From Methanobacteriota archaeon (lineage in GTDB: Archaea; Thermoplasmatota; Poseidoniia; MGIII; CG-Epi1): a stretch of 64,000 nucleotides of DNA. A program made the position numbers and the translations under genes. The DNA is taken from NCBI GenBank assembly GCA_014240055.1, contig JAAZXP010000002.1, positions 10,040 to 74,039 on the forward strand, written 5' to 3'. Numbering within the stretch: the stretch's first letter is position 1; every line of letters begins with the position of its first letter. Below are positions 56,712 through 64,000 of the stretch, in pieces. The notes beneath the pieces were generated by a model that saw nothing but the letters and a program-made list of their open reading frames with translations, was not told where the DNA came from and ran no database searches.

Positions 56712-58954
56712 TTATGCCACCAACGTGGATTGGCAGAGCGTTGTACTCTACTAGCTAAATTAGTTTTCAAACTTATCAACGCCTTAGACTGACGTGTTTC
56801 TTCTTTTTCAACTGCTGAGGATTTCTGACCTTCAGCACTTTTATCAATAATCATTGCTGCTTTGGATCTAGCGTTCATTTCAGACAATACTGCTTTCAGA
56901 ATTCTACGGCCTTCAACCTCATTAAGGGAGGAAACATCACCAATATCGACTTCTTTGGTTAATGGAACTAATTGTTTCAATGGCACATAATATGCCTGGT
57001 CTTTCAATAGATCATTTTGTAATTTTACTTCTATATTTTCACGCCTAGATTCTTCATTGGCAATTAACTTAGCTCTCTTAGTTGGATCATCAGTTTGAGA
57101 GATTTTAGCATCATTTTTTGCTCGAGTGGCTTGTTCTTTAGCTTCACGAGTTTGATACTTCTGCCTGATCTTAGGTGGGAAATCCCCAACATCTACTTCT
57201 TCATCATCTCTAGACAAGTCCATCTCTCTTTCTTCAACTTTGCGACGACGTTTCTTACCGCCTACTTGCATATCTTCGTAAACTTGACGCATAACATCTT
57301 CTGGATGAACATAATACTCAGCCACAACACGTGCAAAATCTTTGTAATCTCTAATACTTTTCTTTAAACACCATTCAATAACCAATTGACGTCTCTTAGT
57401 TTCATCCATTATCTCAACGCGGTTGAGATTTGCCTTCATCATAATTTTCTCAAAAATATATGATTTACCTGTGAAAACATATTCGTCAATAGTATTGTCC
57501 CATCTGAAAGCTTCATTGGTTAATAATTCATGTGAATGAGGATCTATTCCTATAATTTCAACAATTGCTTTATTTCTTCGGACACGCTTACCACCAACAC
57601 GAGTCTGAATCTGAATTGAAATTCCATCTAGTGCCGGAATTAACACTCTAGGAATCTCAATAGGTTTGTTTTCAAGACGATGTACTAAACTCTGAATAGA
57701 ATCTGCGTGGAAAGTGGAATAAGTTGTGTGTCCTGTAGCCATAGCCTGGAATAGAACATAAGCTTCAGCACCTCTAATCTCACCTACAATAATGTATTCT
57801 GGACGTTCACGAAGTGCTGCCCTTAACAAATCATACATGTCAACTTCTCCGGCTGCTTTTTCACCAGAACCTCCAGATTCTCCTCCAAAACCTTGCCTAG
57901 TACAACCTGGAATCCAGTTTGGATGAGGTAAATTCAATTCTCTTGTTTCTTCAATACTCACAATTTTGTGTTGCCATGGAAGGAAAAGAGAACAAGCATT
58001 CAAAGATGTCGTCTTTCCCGAAGCCGTTCCACCTACGAAAAGCATCGACATACCATATTGCATTGCCAACCAAAAGAATGCAATTTGCATCGATGAAAAT
58101 GTTTTAAATTCGAGTAAATCTACTGGAGTGAAGGGTTCATCTCTAAAGCGCCGTATCGTAAATGTTGAACCTTTTGTTGAAACTTCACGTCCAAGTGTCA
58201 TAACAATACGTGACCCATCCATCAAAGTTGCATCCAATAATGGTTCTGCAATGGAAATATGCTTTCCACAGCGTTGAGCCATACGAATAATGTACTGTTC
58301 TAATACTAATTCATCTTCCCACATTACATTTGTTCGTAAAGATTCAAATCTTCTGTGGTAAACGAATATTTCAACACCAGGCCCATCACAAGAAACATCC
58401 TCAATATTCGGATCTTTCATCATGGTATCTATTTTTCCGTAACCAATCAAATCTCTTTCAATGTAATAATGTATTTTTTCTCGATTACTTTTACGTGATT
58501 TTAATCTATAACTATCTAAAATATCGTCTACTGCTTGTTTCAAAAAATCTTCTTGCGTCTCGTCGAGCGTCTCGCGATCAATATTGAGAGCCCTCTGGAG
58601 AACTAATTTAATTGTATCTAAATCTTCTGTCTCTTGCTTTGAAGCTTTTGGTTCGACTACATAATAAAAACGAGAATAATCTCTTTTATCAAACAAAACT
58701 CTAACATAAGAATAAGGTGGATAAACTGGATAAGTATCTAACTCTTCAAAATCTTCACCTATCTCAATATCATCCATGACCAAGTCATGAATTACACCAT
58801 CTTTTTCGGCAGCTTTACGCTTCCTTTCTTCCGCTTTACGCTGTTTGTTAAGTTTACGACGCTGAAGCCAAGAAAGTTTAGACTCATCAATCTCTTCCTC
58901 TTGCTCACCGAGTAAACTCGAAGCATTCTCCATTGTTTCTTTGGCTGCGCTCAT
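56702..58954 (-). CDS. type IV filament assembly ATPase (FlaI/TadA/GspE-VirB11 family) with long charged N- and C-terminal extensions
   Basis: Walker A GGTASGKTTSLN, Walker B/His box RPEYIIVGEIRGAEA...TGHTTYSTFHADS. About 60 aa of K/R/E-rich N-terminus and about 230 aa of K/E/R-rich C-terminal tail. 750 aa in total. Confidence 0.8.
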   Translation of the reverse strand: MSAAKETMENASSLLGEQEEEIDESKLSWLQRRKLNKQRKAEERKRKAAEKDGVIHDLVMDDIEIGEDFEELDTYPVYPPYSYVRVLFDKRDYSRFYYVVEPKASKQETEDLDTIKLVLQRALNIDRETLDETQEDFLKQAVDDILDSYRLKSRKSNREKIHYYIERDLIGYGKIDTMMKDPNIEDVSCDGPGVEIFVYHRRFESLRTNVMWEDELVLEQYIIRMAQRCGKHISIAEPLLDATLMDGSRIVMTLGREVSTKGSTFTIRRFRDEPFTPVDLLEFKTFSSMQIAFFWLAMQYGMSMLFVGGTASGKTTSLNACSLFLPWQHKIVSIEETRELNLPHPNWIPGCTRQGFGGESGGSGEKAAGEVDMYDLLRAALRERPEYIIVGEIRGAEAYVLFQAMATGHTTYSTFHADSIQSLVHRLENKPIEIPRVLIPALDGISIQIQTRVGGKRVRRNKAIVEIIGIDPHSHELLTNEAFRWDNTIDEYVFTGKSYIFEKIMMKANLNRVEIMDETKRRQLVIEWCLKKSIRDYKDFARVVAEYYVHPEDVMRQVYEDMQVGGKKRRRKVEEREMDLSRDDEEVDVGDFPPKIRQKYQTREAKEQATRAKNDAKISQTDDPTKRAKLIANEESRRENIEVKLQNDLLKDQAYYVPLKQLVPLTKEVDIGDVSSLNEVEGRRILKAVLSEMNARSKAAMIIDKSAEGQKSSAVEKEETRQSKALISLKTNLASRVQRSANPRWWHKWL

Positions 58955-58958
58955 TTTA

Positions 58959-59435
58959 TCATCCAGTGGTTAACTTGACAACCTTTAGATTATCATCATA
59001 GTATATGACTATATAAGAAGACGTCGATATCAATGGTGAACCGCTAGCAGTCTCTATTGCAGTAGCTGGAAATAGAGGGAATGTGACCTCGAATTCCCCA
59101 CCTCTAGGCTGCATTGTAGTAACCTTGAGACCCTCGGCGGTGCCTGCCAACTTGTACTTTATTCCATGATTTATTGATTCGATACCTGTATTCAATTTGA
59201 TAACTGGTGAAGAATCAGGATATTCTCTTACAGTAGTTAATAAATCTTCAACTGACAATTGAAAATAAAGTGCCAACTGTTCAGCCTCTTCCTGTGCAGT
59301 ATTTGCCATGTTTCCATTGAGCATTGTAGTGGAAGTAAGCATTATTGATGATAAAATTAAAATCGAAACGGCGATTGTGTAAACATAACCAATTAATTCT
59401 GATGCTGCTGAATCATCGTAAGCTAAATTTGACAT
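58959..59435 (-). CDS. pilin-like protein (putative class III signal peptide)
   Basis: N-terminus MSNLAYDDSAA|SELIGYVYTIAVSILIL. Confidence 0.35.
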   Translation of the reverse strand: MSNLAYDDSAASELIGYVYTIAVSILILSSIMLTSTTMLNGNMANTAQEEAEQLALYFQLSVEDLLTTVREYPDSSPVIKLNTGIESINHGIKYKLAGTAEGLKVTTMQPRGGEFEVTFPLFPATAIETASGSPLISTSSYIVIYYDDNLKVVKLTTG

Positions 59436-60483
59436 GTATTGTCCTCTCTAATAATCTAAAATCAAATGGCGTGGATTGTGAGTATAATATATCTTGTTCA
59501 ATACCTTCACTTTGAAATGCCGAATGAGCTACCAATGAGTCCGATCTTTCAAATTGATAATCTGCTGCGTCAAAACTATTGTAAGCCATGTAATGCCTTT
59601 GGAATGCTGATGAACTCTCCCCGTCAAAAGCGATTCGTAAACTGTAAATGTTAAGAGAAACATCGTTTCCTCCCTGGTTGCGAATATCAAAATTAAAGTT
59701 ACCAGCCATTAATGATTTAATAGACGAAGAAAGATTGTAGTCCGTTTGATAAAATGTTAATGAATCATAAGTGTCTTCCTTCCCAACTTCTTCATTTATA
59801 ACTGATCTAGTAAGAGGTTGTGAACTAACATAAAATTGACCACCTGGTTCTTTAGAAACAACACCGCCGTTTAGCATCCTCATCTTGAAAACACCTGAAA
59901 CTGAAGCATATTTGTAAGATAGTGAATCGGTACCATAAATGAAAAAACCTCCTACTTGTGTTGTGTTTTTAGTACTAGTATATGTTCCTTGAACACCGTA
60001 ATCAAGAGGTGGGAAATCTGAAATATACGAATCTAAAGAATCTCCAGTCCACTGCGTCCCATCTGGATAAATTAAAGTAACTCTATATTCCTCTACGATA
60101 TCTAAATCATCCTTTATTGCAAGAGATTCTGAACCCATTTTTACTCCTACTATTTTTGGAGATGACCAAGGAACTGCAGTATAATAATATCTTATTTCAT
60201 CTAAGTTTTCACGTTGAACAAAAGTACCTGAACTAAAGGAGATTGTTGAAGTGCGAGATGCACCCTCTCCTTGTGCAAGAACGTGATCTAAATCGGTATC
60301 AAAATTCAAAAGGTTATTTTGAGCTGAAGTATATATTGCGTAAGCCTCATTTTGCTGTATTTGAGGAATGCCCCAAGCTAGCATAGTTCCGGTGACTGTA
60401 AGCATAATTGCCAATATTAAAATGGTACCAATTACGGGACTCACTCCTTCATCGGATTTTGTTAAGGATAGCTGACGCTGCAC
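59413..60483 (-). CDS. archaeal type IV pilin-like protein (DUF1628/PF07790-type N-terminus)
   Basis: N-terminus ...SDEGVSPVIGTILILAIMLTVTG matches the G-VSPVIG-hydrophobic signature of archaeal class-III-signal pilins. 356 aa with Ser/Thr/Asn-rich ectodomain. Confidence 0.5.
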   Translation of the reverse strand: MQRQLSLTKSDEGVSPVIGTILILAIMLTVTGTMLAWGIPQIQQNEAYAIYTSAQNNLLNFDTDLDHVLAQGEGASRTSTISFSSGTFVQRENLDEIRYYYTAVPWSSPKIVGVKMGSESLAIKDDLDIVEEYRVTLIYPDGTQWTGDSLDSYISDFPPLDYGVQGTYTSTKNTTQVGGFFIYGTDSLSYKYASVSGVFKMRMLNGGVVSKEPGGQFYVSSQPLTRSVINEEVGKEDTYDSLTFYQTDYNLSSSIKSLMAGNFNFDIRNQGGNDVSLNIYSLRIAFDGESSSAFQRHYMAYNSFDAADYQFERSDSLVAHSAFQSEGIEQDILYSQSTPFDFRLLERTIHVKFSLR

Positions 60484-60524
60484 ACGAGCTCATCTAATAG
60501 GGGTTCAAAAAGTATTATGTTAAA

Positions 60525-61454
60525 CTAATGGCTATTATTTTCTAGCCATTTCTCGACATCTATAGCTGCCATACAACCCATACCTGCTGCAGTTATAGCC
60601 TGACGATATCTAGTGTCTACTACGTCGCCACCTGCAAATACTCCCGGTATGCTAGTCATTGTATTTTCTTTCCAAAGAAGATATCCACTCTCATCAGTTT
60701 CTAATTGATCATTCAAAAAGGAAGTCATCGGTTTGTGTCCAATTGCGATAAAGGCGCCGTCGCACTCTAACTTTTCCTCTGAACCTGTTTTTGTATTTAC
60801 TAAAAGAGCTCCTTCAAAATTCCCTTCAGAACCCAACCATTCTTTTATGCTGTAATTTAGTTTCCAATCAATCTTTGAATTTGCTTTAGCTCTGTCTGCC
60901 ATTATTTGTGATGCACGTAATCCCTCTCTTCTATGCACTATAGTTACTTTACTGCAGAATTTTGTTAAAAATGTTGCTTCTTCCATAGCAGAATCTCCAC
61001 CTCCAATAACAATTACTTCTTTATCTCTAAAAAAAGCACCATCGCAGGTTGCGCACGTTGAAATCCCACGGCCTTTATGAACGTCTTCATTTATTGCATC
61101 TAACCAAATTGCCTCAGCTCCTGTAGTAATTATTATTGAGTTAGCCAAATGGACCTCCTTTCCAACATTTAATTTAAAAGGTCTCTGAGAGAAATCAACC
61201 GAATCTACATTTTTATCAATTATTTCACAACCAAACCTAGAAGCTTGCGACCTCAGTTCAAGCATCATCTCAGGTCCACCAATACCTTCAGGATATCCTG
61301 GGAAATTTTCAATATCACTTGTTAACATCAGCTGGCCACCACTTGCAAATCCTGCAAACAAAGTAGGATTAAGCATCGCTCTTCCTGCATACAACCCGGC
61401 AGTATACCCTGCTGGACCTGAACCAATAATTATCAAATCTTTAACTTCAGTCAT
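60525..61454 (-). CDS. trxB: thioredoxin reductase
   Basis: GSGPAGYTAG FAD motif and redox-active CATCDG. 309 aa. Confidence 0.85.
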   Translation of the reverse strand: MTEVKDLIIIGSGPAGYTAGLYAGRAMLNPTLFAGFASGGQLMLTSDIENFPGYPEGIGGPEMMLELRSQASRFGCEIIDKNVDSVDFSQRPFKLNVGKEVHLANSIIITTGAEAIWLDAINEDVHKGRGISTCATCDGAFFRDKEVIVIGGGDSAMEEATFLTKFCSKVTIVHRREGLRASQIMADRAKANSKIDWKLNYSIKEWLGSEGNFEGALLVNTKTGSEEKLECDGAFIAIGHKPMTSFLNDQLETDESGYLLWKENTMTSIPGVFAGGDVVDTRYRQAITAAGMGCMAAIDVEKWLENNSH

Positions 61455-61494
61455 TACCCTTCATTAGAAAGCCTTCTAAATTATTGTGTATGTC

Positions 61495-62235
61495 TTAACC
61501 ATTCCATCTAGAAGATATAATAAAGCCAGTATGTCCAATACCATTATTATCGGGTCGTAAAGCACTGGAACGCGATTGCCAACCTCTCTGAATTATTTCT
61601 ATAACTTCTATTTCTTTCCAACCATCTAAGGAATCCATGAGAGCTTTAATTTGATTTACTGTTGGAATATAACATATTAGGAAGCCCCCGATCTGTAATG
61701 ATTTCATTGACCAATTTACTAATTCCCAAGGATTAGGAAGATCTAATATTATTGAAGAGGCTCGTATAGGTGGTGTAGAGTCCATTAATTCTTCATTACG
61801 GAGATCTATCAAATTACTCCAAGGGCTCATTTTTATATTTTTCTGAGCTATCTTAAGATGTCTTCTGTTACTCTCAAAAGTAATAACTTTTCCATTTGGA
61901 GCTATAGTTTGAGCAAGTGCTAAAGTTAATGCCCCAGAACCGCTACCTGCCTCAACCACTGTTTGACCTGTTGAAAGGCCAGATCTATATAGGATCCAAG
62001 CAATATCTTTAGGAGATATGATTTGTGGGCCTCGTTTAAGGTTTAATTGTAGATCAGATAAGACATAATCTACAAGAATACACTTTTCGTCTAATAAATC
62101 AAATTCCTTACCTAATTCCTTATTAAGTAAAACTTTAGTTGGAAAACGACCAAAATTCTTTATTTCTAAAACATCTAAATCCAAATCAACTAAATGGGCT
62201 GAACCACCAATTATTAGAAGATTGAAATTGCTCAT
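61495..62235 (-). CDS. trmI: tRNA (adenine-N1)-methyltransferase TrmI/Gcd14-like
   Basis: SAM-binding VVEAGSGSGALTLALAQTIAPNGKVITFE closely resembles the TrmI catalytic core. An N-terminal beta-domain is present. Confidence 0.65.
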   Translation of the reverse strand: MSNFNLLIIGGSAHLVDLDLDVLEIKNFGRFPTKVLLNKELGKEFDLLDEKCILVDYVLSDLQLNLKRGPQIISPKDIAWILYRSGLSTGQTVVEAGSGSGALTLALAQTIAPNGKVITFESNRRHLKIAQKNIKMSPWSNLIDLRNEELMDSTPPIRASSIILDLPNPWELVNWSMKSLQIGGFLICYIPTVNQIKALMDSLDGWKEIEVIEIIQRGWQSRSSALRPDNNGIGHTGFIISSRWNG

Positions 62236-62252
62236 ATGAGCAAACTATTAGA

Positions 62253-62705
62253 CTAGCCTACCAAAAGCTTAGCGTTACTTAATGAATATTTCCAATCTGC
62301 AGGAATAACATTATTTGAACGGTAATACTTTGCTAGACGAAGTATCTTAGCTTCTGTTAAACGTAAGGAGCGTGTATTATGTATATCTTTCTTATTAATC
62401 TTTAAATGTTCACCCAACCGAACTGCTTTCCGCATAAGATTAGTTAAATCTTCAGGTAAAGAAGGTGATAAATCTTTTTCAGCTAATACTTTAGAAATTG
62501 ATTTACCTGTTGCTAATTTTGTACTTGGTACTGCATGAGTGTCTCTTAGAGCAATACCAATTTGTGAAGTAGAATGACCTTCAGATGCTAACTCAATAAT
62601 CGTCTTTTCAACATCTTTAGATTTAGGTGACCATTTAGGATTATTTTCTCTAGTCTGTGGGCTAGAGCCTGAGCGGCCTTTACGTCGTGCATGAATTCTT
62701 GCCAT
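62253..62705 (-). CDS. rps15: 30S ribosomal protein uS15 (S13e)
   Basis: MARIHARRKGRSGS N-terminus and a C-terminal S15 fold. Confidence 0.85.
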   Translation of the reverse strand: MARIHARRKGRSGSSPQTRENNPKWSPKSKDVEKTIIELASEGHSTSQIGIALRDTHAVPSTKLATGKSISKVLAEKDLSPSLPEDLTNLMRKAVRLGEHLKINKKDIHNTRSLRLTEAKILRLAKYYRSNNVIPADWKYSLSNAKLLVG

Positions 62706-62771
62706 TTATTATTTGTCTCCTATTGAGGTTATGGCGCCAGTCAGACCGGTATAAAAACATTAGCACATTTA

Positions 62772-64000
62772 TCAATAGTCTAAAGTCCAATATGCTGCTA
62801 ATTCATCATTAGAATAGATCCTATAAGTAAAATCAGGCATAGATTCATAGTAAGGATTAGTGATTATTGAAAGAGTTGAAGACTTGCCACTAGAATCTGG
62901 CATTCCCAAATTAACAATAGATATTGAAACATTTTTCTGAATATCATATGATAATGATGAACTGTTATTCCAACCCCATAGATGATCTTGAGATTTCCAA
63001 TACAGGTCTTTTAATGATATTCTTTTAATTTCCATATCATCTAAAGATATTAGTCCTGAAGACAATTCCTTAGAATCTTGAATAGCGACCATATTCGAAT
63101 AAGCAGCTAATCTTCGTTCCCTCTTTTGATCATTAGATTCCAGTATGGAATCCTCTAAATTGGATTCCATCCATTGAGATGTTGAAATACTGCTCTCGCG
63201 AACATAATAAGTGTAGTACACTTCCTCACGTTCATGCGCATTAACTCTATAATCGAGATCGTAATATGAGAATGAACTAACTAATATCGTAAATACAGCT
63301 AATAAAACTGCCAACCTATTTGGACTATCTTCTAAGTTATCTATAAAAAAATCAATTCCAGGTACAATCAGCAGCAGAATGCCGAATGTTACCAAATATG
63401 GAATGTAAATTAGATCAGATATAACAAAAAAAGAAAGAGCTAAATAAGACATTGAAAAGAAATATCCTTGAGAAACGCGGCCCTTCTGAACCCAAAATAC
63501 TATTCCGAGGATAGATATAAAAAGAAAAGGACCAACATTTATCATATAATACATTATTAAATTGAACATGGCTGAAAATATCCCAATACCGCTAAAAAAG
63601 TAGACTCCAATAATTTCGTCGTCCGGACTGTAAGGCGAAAAATCTAAATACTGGAGATAAAAAAGATACCCGGATAAAAATAATAGAAAACCCAAAACTT
63701 GTCTACCTGCTCTTTCTCTATTTGTAGCATTTTCTTGCCAATAATAACATAAAACAGACATAACAAATGCTAATAATATTCCTGGAAATAATAGAGCCAT
63801 TCTGTGTAGAGAGGGTAACATTATTCCTAATAATAATATTAATGAAATAATCCGAAAAGGATGGCGACCATACTTTGTATGAGATAGTCTAAGAAGTAAC
63901 CAAATAAAAAAGGGCAGTAAAGCAATAAAACTAAATCTAAGAGAAATACTCCACAATGAAAATGTTATAAATCTCGGAGCGAATGAAAAACACAAAGTTG
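62772..64000 (-). CDS. polytopic membrane protein with C-terminal extracytoplasmic domain, probably N-terminally truncated by the window edge (possible glycosyltransferase-C-fold)
   Basis: At least 11 TM helices followed by a Ser/Asn-rich soluble domain. The tracked start is an internal TTG 5 nt from the window end. Confidence 0.4.
   Translation of the reverse strand, partial: TLCFSFAPRFITFSLWSISLRFSFIALLPFFIWLLLRLSHTKYGRHPFRIISLILLLGIMLPSLHRMALLFPGILLAFVMSVLCYYWQENATNRERAGRQVLGFLLFLSGYLFYLQYLDFSPYSPDDEIIGVYFFSGIGIFSAMFNLIMYYMINVGPFLFISILGIVFWVQKGRVSQGYFFSMSYLALSFFVISDLIYIPYLVTFGILLLIVPGIDFFIDNLEDSPNRLAVLLAVFTILVSSFSYYDLDYRVNAHEREEVYYTYYVRESSISTSQWMESNLEDSILESNDQKRERRLAAYSNMVAIQDSKELSSGLISLDDMEIKRISLKDLYWKSQDHLWGWNNSSSLSYDIQKNVSISIVNLGMPDSSGKSSTLSIITNPYYESMPDFTYRIYSNDELAAYWTLDY

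Noticed and set aside
1-64000. CRISPR arrays, transposases/integrases, rRNA genes and additional tRNAs.
   Set aside because: No evenly spaced direct repeats, no DDE/tyrosine-recombinase-like ORFs, and no GC-rich rRNA-like stretches were seen. The only GC-rich non-coding island in this AT-rich window is the tRNA at 14565..14642.

Overview
This is an AT-rich (by eye mid-30s %GC), densely coding stretch of an archaeal chromosome, and most of it is ordinary housekeeping. Archaeal origin is supported directly by the encoded proteins: transcription factor B (TFB), Pelota, NAC-alpha, ABCE1/RLI, archease, TiaS, a RibL-type FAD synthetase, ribosomal protein uS15/S13e, and an initiator tRNA with the archaeal A1:U72 pair. 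Gene content (single-chain glycine dehydrogenase, pyruvate phosphate dikinase, three-gene proton-translocating transhydrogenase, acyl-CoA dehydrogenase plus enoyl-CoA hydratase, MMPL/RND exporter, very large N-glycosylation-sequon-rich surface proteins) resembles planktonic marine Euryarchaeota (Marine Group II/III-like), but that placement is inference from gene content only. Other housekeeping genes include gcvP, nth, dCMP deaminase, pyrC, folD, aconitase, purM, the ribB-ribL-ribE-ribH riboflavin operon, pyrG, trxB and trmI. The non-housekeeping content is as follows. (1) A seven-gene type IV filament locus at 53.6-60.5 kb, with four class-III-signal-peptide pilin-like genes, a 750-aa FlaI/TadA-family ATPase carrying long charged N- and C-terminal extensions, and a FlaJ/TadBC platform split into two genes. 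(2) A second, minimal Tad-like module at 34.3-36.9 kb: two single-domain T2SSF genes plus a CpaF/TadA-like ATPase, with no adjacent pilin. (3) Two giant secreted surface proteins; one has an internal 360-aa-spaced domain duplication and a cytoplasmic C-terminal zinc-ribbon tail, a motif also found on a small neighbouring membrane protein. (4) A RusA-family Holliday junction resolvase embedded in the folD operon. (5) A prolyl-hydroxylase-like 2OG-Fe(II) oxygenase split over two ORFs next to the riboflavin operon. (6) A tRNA-maturation neighbourhood (TiaS, an unknown 193-aa protein, archease, initiator tRNA(Met)) in which the archease ORF has no canonical start and abuts the tRNA 3' end. No CRISPR array, transposase, integrase or rRNA gene was seen. 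Non-ATG (TTG/GTG) starts are common in the supplied ORF track, and several start sites were re-assigned on the basis of homology-typical N-termini and stop/start overlaps.
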